A stretch of DNA of 64,000 nt from Pseudomonadota bacterium (lineage in GTDB: Bacteria; Myxococcota; JACRCW01; JAFGSX01): positions 57,356 to 121,355 of the forward strand of contig JBDRCO010000101.1 of the NCBI GenBank assembly GCA_043821645.1, in the 5' to 3' direction. A model generated the notes under the pieces. It did not search any database and was not told the origin of the DNA. It saw only the letters and a program-made list of their open reading frames with translations. A program made the translations under genes and the position numbers. Shown here in pieces: positions 8,590 through 17,905 of the stretch; position 1 is the first letter of the stretch; every line of letters begins with the position of its first letter.

Positions 8590-10252
8590 ATCTGCTGTCG
8601 AGCTCGACCAGCCGTGATCCGGCCGCGGGGACGACGATCGTGTCACCTCCTTTGGGGCTGACGAGAACGGGTGCTCGCTGCCCACTGCGGAGCGACTCCC
8701 GGCCTGGACGAGCGCAGGTCGCACGCGTCGTGCCCAGATTGTGGATCACCAGGACCGATCCTGACGTGTGGCCGCGCACGAAGGCCAGGACCTGGGGTCC
8801 GCAGTCCACCCAGCGCAAGCTGCCCTGACGCAGCGCCGGGAGGCGTCGCCGCTCTGCGATCCAGTGCCGCACCGCACTCCAGCTCGACGCCGCATCCTGA
8901 AGCTGGCTCGCCCTGGGCGCTCCACCGAGCACCGGGCCGGTGGATGTCCAGTCCGCTGTGGACGTGCCGTCGTCACCCCAGGGGAAAGGCGTGCGCTGTG
9001 CCAGATCGCCCGGAGCGTCGCTGCCGAGCATGCCCAGCTCGTCGCCGTAGTAGATCACGGGTGTTCCAGGCAGGCTGAGCAGGATGGCGTGCGCCAGGGA
9101 CAAGCGCGCCGAATCCGCGCCCAGGCGTCTGGCCAGCCGCGGCAGGTCGTGGTTGCCGGCGAAGGTGGCGTCGATGCTCTGGTTCGCATAGCTCGCCTGA
9201 GCCTCGTCAACGACCGCGCGAAGGGCCGCCGGATCCGCGTCGCGCACGGCCTGCTCGATGGCGCGGGCGAGGGGGAAGTTGAAGGCGCCGTCGAGGCCGG
9301 GGGGGCCGCCATCGTCGCTGCCCAGGTAGCGCGCGATGGTCTGTGTGTCGGACCACACCTCGCCCAGCAGCAGCGCGGCGGGGAAGCGCTGGTGGAGCTG
9401 CCTGCCGAAGCGCCGCCACCAGTGCAGGGTTTCGGGCTGATCACTCTGACCCGCGCCACTTCCGTGCGCGATCAGGTGTCGCGCGGCATCGAGCCGGAAG
9501 CCGTCGACACCGCGCCGCAACCAGGCTGCTGCCACGTCGAGCAGCTCGCGTTCCACCTGCGGGTTTTCGAGGTTGAGATCCGGCATCCCTGGTGAGAACA
9601 GGCCGTGGTACCAGCCCGTGCTGCGCTGGTGCCAGCTCGGCGCGGTGCTCCAGGGTTGCACCCAGCCCGGATCCTGATCGCGCCACAGGTACCAGTCGCG
9701 GCGGGCGTTGTCGGTGGAGGCTGCGGATTCGCGAAACCAGGGGTGCTGATCGCTGGTGTGGTTGAGCACCAGGTCCACGACGATCCGCAAGCCGCGCTGG
9801 TGAGCCGCCTGGATCAGGGCCTCGAAGTCGTCGAGCGTCCCCAGGGCCGGAGCCACGGAGCGATAGTCGGTGACGTCGTAGCCATGATCGCTGCTCGCAG
9901 CGAACACGGGCATGAGCCACAGCGCATCCACCTCGAGGTCGTCGCCGGAGCCTGGACTGCCATCGTTGAGGGCATCCAGATGTTCGCGCAGGCCATTGAG
10001 ATCGCCCAGTCCGTCCCCGTCGCTGTCCGCAAAGGAACGCACGAAGACCTCGTAGAACACGGCGCCGCGAGCCCAGTTTCGCCCTGTGTCGGCGCTCGCC
10101 GTATCGGAACCGATGGCCTCGCGGGCCGGTGCATGCTGGCACGCCGCGAGGATAATGAGCGTCAGGACGGCAGCAGATCCCACATCCTTTGGGTGGCCAA
10201 TCCTTCCAGGCGGAGCGGAGCGAGTGGGGCCCGGATGGGTGCGCAACAGCAT
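8588..10252 (-). CDS. GH13 alpha-amylase-family glycoside hydrolase, probable lipoprotein
   Basis: FYEVFVRSFADSDGDGLGD, HGYDVTDY, DLVLNHTS, GVDGFRLDAA, GEVW, NHD, YYGDELG; LAAC lipobox. Start uncertain. Confidence 0.9.
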   Translation of the reverse strand: MLLRTHPGPTRSAPPGRIGHPKDVGSAAVLTLIILAACQHAPAREAIGSDTASADTGRNWARGAVFYEVFVRSFADSDGDGLGDLNGLREHLDALNDGSPGSGDDLEVDALWLMPVFAASSDHGYDVTDYRSVAPALGTLDDFEALIQAAHQRGLRIVVDLVLNHTSDQHPWFRESAASTDNARRDWYLWRDQDPGWVQPWSTAPSWHQRSTGWYHGLFSPGMPDLNLENPQVERELLDVAAAWLRRGVDGFRLDAARHLIAHGSGAGQSDQPETLHWWRRFGRQLHQRFPAALLLGEVWSDTQTIARYLGSDDGGPPGLDGAFNFPLARAIEQAVRDADPAALRAVVDEAQASYANQSIDATFAGNHDLPRLARRLGADSARLSLAHAILLSLPGTPVIYYGDELGMLGSDAPGDLAQRTPFPWGDDGTSTADWTSTGPVLGGAPRASQLQDAASSWSAVRHWIAERRRLPALRQGSLRWVDCGPQVLAFVRGHTSGSVLVIHNLGTTRATCARPGRESLRSGQRAPVLVSPKGGDTIVVPAAGSRLVELDSR

Positions 10253-10260
10253 CGCCAGGC

Positions 10261-10725
10261 TCAGAGAATGTCCAGCAGCTCGACATCGAACACCAGCGTG
10301 CCGGCCGGAGCCCCTGGGCGGCTGGGCCGCTCTCCATAGGCCAGGCGCGCCGGAATCCAGAATCGCCTGCGCTCACCCACGACCATCAGCTGCACGCCCT
10401 CGGTCCAGCCCGGGATCACTCGGTCGAGGGGAAAGGCGACGGGCTCTCCGCGCGCCACCGAGCTGTCGAACATGCGGCCATCCACGGTCCAGCCGGTGTA
10501 GTGCACGCGCACGGTGTCCGTTGCTGTGGGGTGATTGTGTCCGGTGCCGGGGCGCAGGATGCGAGAAGCCAGGCCCGAGGGTGTGCGCTCGGCATCGGCA
10601 GGTGCAGCCGCGACGTCGTCAGGTGCGGGAATGGGCGTCGCGGGTGTGGAACTCGCGCGTGGCGAGACGCAGGCTGTGGAGGCAAACACCGAGCTGGCCA
10701 GGAGGAGACCGGTGAGCTGTCGCAT
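10261..10725 (-). CDS. FKBP-type peptidyl-prolyl isomerase, lipoprotein
   Basis: VRVHYTGW, FDSS, VIPGWTEG, IPARLAYG, LVFDVEL. Confidence 0.93.
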   Translation of the reverse strand: MRQLTGLLLASSVFASTACVSPRASSTPATPIPAPDDVAAAPADAERTPSGLASRILRPGTGHNHPTATDTVRVHYTGWTVDGRMFDSSVARGEPVAFPLDRVIPGWTEGVQLMVVGERRRFWIPARLAYGERPSRPGAPAGTLVFDVELLDIL

Positions 10726-10916
10726 GGACAGGCTGTAGCACGCCGTGCGCGTCCTGGCGAGACAGGCCTGGTACACACGTCAGCGTCGGCAAGGGCGCGC
10801 TTGACCGTGCCAGCAGCGGTGTGCGACCGTCCCTTGAATCGTGAACGCTGGATCCCGGACACCCGCCACAGAGACCCTGTGCGGTATTCCTGTCCGGGCA
10901 GGTGGAGGGCTTGCTC

Positions 10917-13900
10917 ATGCGGCACATTGGAATGACCCCGGTCTCGACACTCGGCCTGCTGGCCGTCCTGGCATTGCCTCGCTGTGACTGTGGTGGCGAG
11001 TCCAGCACCGTCAACAAGGAGTACTGCAGCAAGCTCGGGCTCGAGTTCAAGGAGAAGGACGGCACCGGTTACTGCTTCCAGAAGGGCGAGACCGTCCTGG
11101 TCAACGTGGACTGCAGCAATGCCTCCGAGACGACTCCCTGCGACGACGGGGACGCCTGCACCTTCGGGGATCACTGCGACCCGGGGAGCGGCACCTGCGC
11201 GGGTACGCCACTGACGGGTGTCGACGACCAGAACCCCTGCACCGAGGACCGTTGCGATCCGGCCACCGGGGAGATCGTGTTCGACCCGCTGCCGCTCGAC
11301 GGCGACAGCTGCGATGACGCCGACCCCTGCAGTAACAACGACATCTGCCAGAATGGGACCTGCGCTGGCACCTACACCATCGACCGTAATGGCAACACCA
11401 TCGACGACGGGGATGCCTGCACCCGCGATTTCTGCGACGCCACGGGCACGCGTCAGAACGCGCCATACACGCCGGCCGAGGCTGCTGCGGCCGGGCTGGG
11501 TGGGATCACCTCTGCCCAGGTCGGCAACCCCTGTCTGCAGTACGCGTGCGTCGTGGGGACCGGGGCGACCCCGGCCATGACCCCCCTCGCCGACGACACG
11601 AGCTGCGCCGATCCGGCCCAGGGGCGAGGCAACGGACCCTGCGTGGCGTGGACCTGTCAGAGCAGCCAGTGCGTGTCCACCGTCGATGAGGAATCCGTGG
11701 CCACCGCTCCCCCCACGGGTGGCCAGACCTTGCACCCCGACTGCCGAATGCGGGAGTGCGACACCCGGACCGGTCAGGTCGTGTTCGTGCCAGACCCGCG
11801 CACCGTGGATGCGGCCTGCGACGATGGGAACTCGTGCAGCTTCGACGACGCGTGTGGCGTGGACGGCATGTGCAGCGGGCTCGAGCTGGCGCATGGCACG
11901 GCCTGCGACGACGAGAATCCCTGCACCGTGGGTGACTACTGCCACATGTTCACGTGCCGTTCTGGTCAGGACCGTCTGGCCCTCGCCAACGAGTTGAAGA
12001 TCACCCCCCCGGATGCGCTCAATACCTACCGCGATCCTGCGGGGATCCTGGCTGCGGGCAATCCCTGTGCGGCCTACGCCTGTGACCCCTCGCGCGGCGT
12101 GATCGTGAGCAACGCGGCAGACGGCACGACCTGCGACGACGGCAATCCCTGCACGACCTCGTCTACTTGCCACGGTGGGCTGTGCGAAGGTGAGCGCAAC
12201 GCTCTCAATGACACGGTGCCATGCCCCAACCCGCAGAACGAGTGTGAGACCGGAACCTGCGACAAGGGCGTCTGCCTCAATTTCCAGCCGGTGACGACGC
12301 AACGCGCGTGCACGGGACTGGATGCCTGCCGTCGCTACCGCTGCGAGGATGTGGCGGGTGTCGGCACGTGTCGCGACTTCGAGAACGTGCCAGACAGCCC
12401 TCAGGTGATCTGCTCCAACGCCCTCGAGTGCGTCGTCGGCTACTGTGTAGGGGGGATCTGCACCTCCCAGATGAACGCACTGGATGGGCAGGCCTGCGAG
12501 GGGACGCCAGCCCTGGACCTGCGCTGCAACGCACCGACGTGCAGCAATGGAAACTGCCAGGCCAACCCACTGGCCCTGGACACAGCCTGCGCCCTGACCC
12601 TGGACGATCTGACCGCGGCCGGGCTCTCCGTGGTGGACCTGGCGTGCAACCAGGGCAGTTGCCAGGGCTCGCCGCGGGCCTGCACACCGACCCCGGTCAA
12701 TGCCGATGGACCCTGCAACAACAACAATCCCTGCGACGGCGTCGACTGGTGCCAGACCATGGGGTCCTACGGGCGTTGCATGGAGAAGTTCACCAGCGAC
12801 GATCCGACCGCCGCGGCACCGCCGGATCCCTCGTGCACCAACAACCCAGGGAGCTGCTTCGACAATACCGTGCCCCTGGCCTCGGGGGCGCAGCCCTGCG
12901 ACCTGGACGGCGATCCGTCGACGGTCGGTCGCTGTCGTTACACCGGCGAGTGCATCGAGATCAGCCAGGTGGTCGACGACGAGAACGACTGCACTACGCC
13001 TGAGTGGAACGACACCACAGGTGCGGTGGAACTCACCCAGCGGCCCAACGGCGTGCCCTGCCACGTCGTCGGTATCAACCCCTGCATCGAGAACCGTGGA
13101 GTCTGCATCGACGGGACCTACCACACCAACCCCATGCCCGACGGTTCAAGCTGCGACCTGGTGGACCAGGCCGTGCCCGACATCAGCGATCTTCCCGCCG
13201 GTCACGCGCTCGAGTGCTACAACGAGGTCTGCGTGGGAGGCCTCTGTGTCATCGATACCTCCCTGCGCAACGGGGCGGACTGCGCGGACAGCGAGACGAC
13301 CTGTACCGAGCGCGGCGCGTGCCAGAACGGCGCCTGTGTCGAGAGCACGGTCCCCCGTGGCTACGGTGAGACCTGCTCGCCGACCGGGAGTGCCTCGATC
13401 GTCGATCGCGAGGGTTCGGCCATCGCGGCCAAGGATGTGCCGTGCTGGGTGGCCTTCGAATGCTCCGAGACCGGTTCGTGCACGGTGGCCATGACCAAGG
13501 CCGCCCAGGGGACACCCTGCGACTTCACCCAGGACGGGGACATGTGTGATGGGCAGTGCAACGAGGGCATCTGCAACGCCCATCCCTGGGACAGCAGCAA
13601 TGTTCTGGCCAACCTGTCCTGCGACGACGACAACGCGTGCACGGTGGACCAGTGCAACGGTGCGGGCAACTGCAACAACACCGCGCGCAATGATGGTCCT
13701 GCGCCCGGTCTGTGCCAGGGCCAGGATCCGACCAATGGCTGCCGCAGCCTCGAGTGTCGCAGCGGTGCCTGTGTGGGAATCGACAACAACAACACCTGCG
13801 ACGACGGAAATGCCTGCACGCTCAACGACCGATGCAACAACGGGGTCTGTGCGAGTTCGACCTTTGCCCCGGCGGGGATGGCCTGCGGAGACCCGGATTC

Positions 13901-16478
13901 CGATGACGATTGTCGTCGAAGTGTGTGTGACAACAACGGCCAGTGCTCGGGCATCGAGGACGAGGGAAATGGATCGCCCTGCGACACCTCGGATCCCTGC
14001 AGTCGCTGGTTCTGCCAGGGTGGGCAGTGTGTGCACCAGGGGCCCGGTCAGCAGATGCCCGACGGCACCAACTGCGATACCAACGACATTCCCTGCGATG
14101 AGGCCTGCCTGGATCTCGACGGTCCGCTGGGCGTCGGGGTGTCGGAGTGCCGGCCCTTCAGCAACTTCATCGGCCTGATGCCTGCCAAGGTCATGGCTGC
14201 CAACGGTAACCCTGTCGACGACACGGGAAGCGAGGAGATCGCGTGTCGCACAATGTACGACCCGACCTTTGATCCGCAGGTCGCCAATCCCGAGCTCTCG
14301 GGTCACAGCTGTGCGCGCTACCTCTGCTACTACGGGGCGTGTCGGCCCTGGGACGCCGAGCTTCCCTCGGGTCTGCAAGCGGCTGCTGCCAATGCGTATG
14401 GCAACAGCCCGGAGGTCCCGGCCAATCCGAGCGATGGACGGTCCTGCGGCGAATCTGGTGAGTGCACCTCGCAGGGCATCTGCCGGGACAACATCTGCCT
14501 GAGCTACCACCTCGACAACGATGGTCAGCTGTGCAGCGCGCCGCGCTGCGTGGCAGGCACCGAGGAGGTGATGCAGCCCATTTGCGAGGCGGGCGCCTGT
14601 GGCGACGCCAGCACACTGGTGGACACCTGCAGCAAGGGTCTGGCAGCGTGCTCGGGCAACGGCTGCAAGGGCGAGGACTGCGACCTGCTGTGTGCGTCCA
14701 CGACCTTCGACTACGTCAATGTGTTCGAAGACATCAGTCTCCTGGGCGGAACGCCCCGGGCAGCCGATCTGCGCAGCCCCCTGGATGCCCTGCAGACCTG
14801 CGGAGTCTTTGGCGTAAATGCCCCCCGTACGGAGCAGCAGCGCATGGCCTGTGACGACGGATCAGTATTGCTCGACCTGCAGACGGACCTCGGGTTCGGA
14901 AACCCGGCTGGTGATGGAGATGGATTCTGGTACTACAACAGGCGCTTCCGCTACATCTCGATCTCGGCCAACGGCACCGTGCTGTTGCACAAGGATCATC
15001 CGACCAGTCTGACCCGCGCCGAGGAGACATTGTTCGTCGCAGGGAATGTCGGCGGAGCGGTCTTCGATCCCGATGCCCTGGATCAGCCGGGGGATCCCAG
15101 GAACAACGGTGAGGACGCCGCCCAGATCCGCGTGTTCCGCGATGACCTGACCTTGATCACGGACACCGACGCAGCGAACATCCCCTCGGATCCTCGTGTC
15201 GCCTACGGTGCTTTCGACCGCCTCGGTGAGATCTACACCAAGCACATGCCAGGCTCGGATGGCCAGCCCAACACCGGCGACGACTACCTCATCGTCCAGT
15301 GGAACGACCTTGGGTTCTATGGCTGCTCGCAATCTGTGGCCCAGCGCGCCCACATGACCTTCCAGCTCAAGTGGTGGCCGGTCTCGGGCATGATGGCCTT
15401 CGTCTACCCGCACACCGTGAACGATGACGGTCCCAGTGGAACGGACTGCCTGGTGGGCCGAGTCCACGGCTCGGACGCGGCCGTGGGCCTGGTCGATGAG
15501 AACGGAACGCCGGCCGACGAGGTGGGCACCAACCAGCTTGTCATCATCAACGACAGCGGTCCGAACACGGACCCCTTTGATGCCTACTATCTGTTCTGGC
15601 CCAGCGACTACCCGACCACGCACTATGGCTGGCGCACCATGCAGTGGTTCGATGACATCACCACCTACTCGCCCGCCCGGGGGGCCTCGGTGGGTACGCA
15701 ACTGGACGAGGTGAGCAACTGCGACGATTGCTGCGAGCGCGTGGACCTGGCGCAGCCGCTGCGCATCGATGGGCAGCTGCGGGACTTCCTGTACGTGTGC
15801 GTCGACGGCTACGTGCACTTCGCTCCGCCCAGCGATCCGGATTTCATGGCGATGAGCAACAACTGCGGCGGTTTCGATCTGGTCTCGACCGGTTATCCGC
15901 CCTTCACGGTGGCACCGTTCTGGGCATCCTTCCGCAACAGCCGGAGCCCCAAGGCCAGGGTCCACGTGCTGGACGCCACCGTCGACGGGCAGAGGCAGGT
16001 CATCGTGCAGTGGAGCCATGCCGAGTACGCCGCACGAACTGGCCTGATAGGCAACCTGCCGATGCGAAGCCAGGAACGGGGTGAGGCCCTGTGTAGCAAC
16101 AACGCCGATGACGACGGGGACAACCGTGTCGACTGTGAGGATTCCAACTGCACCTGCGCGGCAGCCTGTGGCGGCGAGGGGTGCGGCCTGACATTCCAGG
16201 TCGTGTTCCACGAGGGCCTGGGCTTCGTCGAGTTCCGTTATCTGGGCGATGACTGGGAATACATGCACGCCGAGGCAAGCGTCAGTGGTGCCTCGATCGG
16301 TATCAAGCAGGGTAGCCTGGATAGGGGTGTGGACCTGCTGGACAACAGGAACGGCGGCGCTGCCATGCCGTGGTTCAGCAACCTCGACACCGCAGATGTC
16401 GACGAGCAGTGGCCTGGCCAGCAGCGCAGCATCCTGCTGCTCCAGCAGAGCCACTTCATGCCCTTCGCGCGGCACTGA
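10917..16478 (+). CDS. Giant Cys-rich surface (lipo)protein with CDDGNxCT repeats and two C-terminal nidogen-like domains
   Basis: GGAGG RBS; hydrophobic leader then CDCGG; about a dozen CDDG(N/D)(P/A)CT-type units; duplicated C-terminal module (..NG/DG..F..VQW..TFQ..Y..GL/GI). Confidence 0.8.
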   Translation: MRHIGMTPVSTLGLLAVLALPRCDCGGESSTVNKEYCSKLGLEFKEKDGTGYCFQKGETVLVNVDCSNASETTPCDDGDACTFGDHCDPGSGTCAGTPLTGVDDQNPCTEDRCDPATGEIVFDPLPLDGDSCDDADPCSNNDICQNGTCAGTYTIDRNGNTIDDGDACTRDFCDATGTRQNAPYTPAEAAAAGLGGITSAQVGNPCLQYACVVGTGATPAMTPLADDTSCADPAQGRGNGPCVAWTCQSSQCVSTVDEESVATAPPTGGQTLHPDCRMRECDTRTGQVVFVPDPRTVDAACDDGNSCSFDDACGVDGMCSGLELAHGTACDDENPCTVGDYCHMFTCRSGQDRLALANELKITPPDALNTYRDPAGILAAGNPCAAYACDPSRGVIVSNAADGTTCDDGNPCTTSSTCHGGLCEGERNALNDTVPCPNPQNECETGTCDKGVCLNFQPVTTQRACTGLDACRRYRCEDVAGVGTCRDFENVPDSPQVICSNALECVVGYCVGGICTSQMNALDGQACEGTPALDLRCNAPTCSNGNCQANPLALDTACALTLDDLTAAGLSVVDLACNQGSCQGSPRACTPTPVNADGPCNNNNPCDGVDWCQTMGSYGRCMEKFTSDDPTAAAPPDPSCTNNPGSCFDNTVPLASGAQPCDLDGDPSTVGRCRYTGECIEISQVVDDENDCTTPEWNDTTGAVELTQRPNGVPCHVVGINPCIENRGVCIDGTYHTNPMPDGSSCDLVDQAVPDISDLPAGHALECYNEVCVGGLCVIDTSLRNGADCADSETTCTERGACQNGACVESTVPRGYGETCSPTGSASIVDREGSAIAAKDVPCWVAFECSETGSCTVAMTKAAQGTPCDFTQDGDMCDGQCNEGICNAHPWDSSNVLANLSCDDDNACTVDQCNGAGNCNNTARNDGPAPGLCQGQDPTNGCRSLECRSGACVGIDNNNTCDDGNACTLNDRCNNGVCASSTFAPAGMACGDPDSDDDCRRSVCDNNGQCSGIEDEGNGSPCDTSDPCSRWFCQGGQCVHQGPGQQMPDGTNCDTNDIPCDEACLDLDGPLGVGVSECRPFSNFIGLMPAKVMAANGNPVDDTGSEEIACRTMYDPTFDPQVANPELSGHSCARYLCYYGACRPWDAELPSGLQAAAANAYGNSPEVPANPSDGRSCGESGECTSQGICRDNICLSYHLDNDGQLCSAPRCVAGTEEVMQPICEAGACGDASTLVDTCSKGLAACSGNGCKGEDCDLLCASTTFDYVNVFEDISLLGGTPRAADLRSPLDALQTCGVFGVNAPRTEQQRMACDDGSVLLDLQTDLGFGNPAGDGDGFWYYNRRFRYISISANGTVLLHKDHPTSLTRAEETLFVAGNVGGAVFDPDALDQPGDPRNNGEDAAQIRVFRDDLTLITDTDAANIPSDPRVAYGAFDRLGEIYTKHMPGSDGQPNTGDDYLIVQWNDLGFYGCSQSVAQRAHMTFQLKWWPVSGMMAFVYPHTVNDDGPSGTDCLVGRVHGSDAAVGLVDENGTPADEVGTNQLVIINDSGPNTDPFDAYYLFWPSDYPTTHYGWRTMQWFDDITTYSPARGASVGTQLDEVSNCDDCCERVDLAQPLRIDGQLRDFLYVCVDGYVHFAPPSDPDFMAMSNNCGGFDLVSTGYPPFTVAPFWASFRNSRSPKARVHVLDATVDGQRQVIVQWSHAEYAARTGLIGNLPMRSQERGEALCSNNADDDGDNRVDCEDSNCTCAAACGGEGCGLTFQVVFHEGLGFVEFRYLGDDWEYMHAEASVSGASIGIKQGSLDRGVDLLDNRNGGAAMPWFSNLDTADVDEQWPGQQRSILLLQQSHFMPFARH

Positions 16479-16592
16479 TCCCGACCTGACGCGGTTCCCT
16501 CCTTCCATACGTGATCGATCTCGGGCTCGTCCCGCTCTGGCAACCGACACAGCTCCGGTCGCCCTTCTCTCCTATCCGTTCACCCAGGCAGC

Positions 16593-16712
16593 GCCCGACG
16601 CAGAGGGGGCGTGCCGAACGCCCGACCTTGGATCCCGTGATCGCCGCCGCTGCTGCCAGGGGTGAATGGGTCGGGGCCTGTGCCCGGCGCAGAGGGGGCG
16701 TGCCGAACGCCC
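16593..16712. repeat. Two 31-bp direct repeats with internal hairpin (REP-like)
   Basis: GCCCG(A/G)CGCAGAGGGGGCGTGCCGAACGCCC at 16593-16623 and 16682-16712, one mismatch. Confidence 0.85.
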
Positions 16713-16722
16713 CCTGAGAAAG

Positions 16723-17235
16723 CTAATAAGGAGAAAACCCCGCCTCGCTCCAGAAATCATCCTTGAGCATGTCCTGCTGCCTCAACAGGGCACGGTAATG
16801 CCCCGTCTCCCACTGCGTGAGCTCCTCGAAGAACCGCTGAACTGCCGGATCTTCGACCGTCCGCGCGCATTCGGCGTAGTACGCCATCGCGCTCTTCTCG
16901 AGGTGAATGGCGATGGACAGCGAGCTCATCTCGAAGTGAGCGTCCTTGATACGGCCCTTGAACTCCTCGGAGAAGATCGGGCTGGCGGAGGACAGGTCAG
17001 ACGGAATGCCCAGCTTGATCCGGGAGTCGATCTGCCCGGTCTGCGACACAGCCTTGTGCTGCGCACGCAGGAACTCCTGGTGGCCACGCTCTTCGTCGGC
17101 CAGCCGGCGAAACACCTGCTGCGCCTGTTCGTCCTCGGTGCGGTCCGCGGCCATGCGGTAGAAGTGCTCGCCATCGTGCTCGGCGGTGATGGCCTTGAAC
17201 AGCAGCTCCGCGACCACCTTGTTTGCCTCGATCAT
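16723..17235 (-). CDS. Rubrerythrin-type ferritin-like di-iron protein
   Basis: E..G..FY/EERGH and E..A..YY/ETGH paired motifs; RBS before ATG 17235. Confidence 0.85.
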   Translation of the reverse strand: MIEANKVVAELLFKAITAEHDGEHFYRMAADRTEDEQAQQVFRRLADEERGHQEFLRAQHKAVSQTGQIDSRIKLGIPSDLSSASPIFSEEFKGRIKDAHFEMSSLSIAIHLEKSAMAYYAECARTVEDPAVQRFFEELTQWETGHYRALLRQQDMLKDDFWSEAGFSPY

Positions 17236-17306
17236 CCTCTTCTCCCTTTCTCGATGTGCTTCCCTGGGCACCTAGCGCGCTCGCAGCGCGGGCACCACTC
17301 GAGGGG

Positions 17307-17780
17307 TCAATACTCGCATCCCTCGTCGTCGACCTCGACCATGGGGAGCGCCCTCGCCACCTCGACACGCCCGTACAGGTAGCTGCGCGTCCGACCACCA
17401 CTGCGGACAAAGCGCACGCGCAGGAGGTCTCCCGGCATGCGGGCGATCTCTATGGTGCGCCGCCTCTCCTCGATCACCAGCACACCCTGAACCAAGCGCG
17501 GGTCCGGGTAGCGACGCGCCTGGGTCGTGCCGGACCAGCGCAGAAGGAACACGCCCCCTTCGCTGGAGAGCACGAGCTGGTCGTCCACGCCACAGCGCTG
17601 GGTCTTGCGCAGGCCCTGGGGCGTCTGCAGGACCTCGAGGTAGGCGCCGTCCAGTTCGGACAGCGATCGAATGGGCTGGCTCGCCGGCTGACTCGTCGGC
17701 TGTGTCGCCGGGGCAGAAGTCTGAGCCGCAGCCTGGGCCGCGAAGACCAAACCCACAGCACAGATCAGAGTCCGGAGCAT
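17307..17780 (-). CDS. Secreted hypothetical protein
   Basis: Signal peptide ending AAA-Q; ATQPTSQPASQP linker; GAGG RBS. Confidence 0.7.
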   Translation of the reverse strand: MLRTLICAVGLVFAAQAAAQTSAPATQPTSQPASQPIRSLSELDGAYLEVLQTPQGLRKTQRCGVDDQLVLSSEGGVFLLRWSGTTQARRYPDPRLVQGVLVIEERRRTIEIARMPGDLLRVRFVRSGGRTRSYLYGRVEVARALPMVEVDDEGCEY

Positions 17781-17905
17781 GGCCACCTCTTGCCCCCTCC
17801 ACCATAGCCAGAAGGGCGCGTGCTGTCCGCTGTCCCGTATGCCGCAGACGCGGGTGCGCATCTCGCCAGGGCGCATGTGCCCGGTGCCTGCGCTAGAATG
17901 CAGAG

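Noticed and set aside
10854..10898. Long hairpin before the RBS of the giant gene
   Set aside because: Single GC-rich hairpin with no recognisable riboswitch or terminator features.
10416..13124. 902-aa minus-strand ORF
   Set aside because: Shadow of the Cys-rich gene; high-GC stop-codon scarcity.
16593..16712. Mini CRISPR array
   Set aside because: Only two repeats, 58-nt spacer, no leader, no cas genes.
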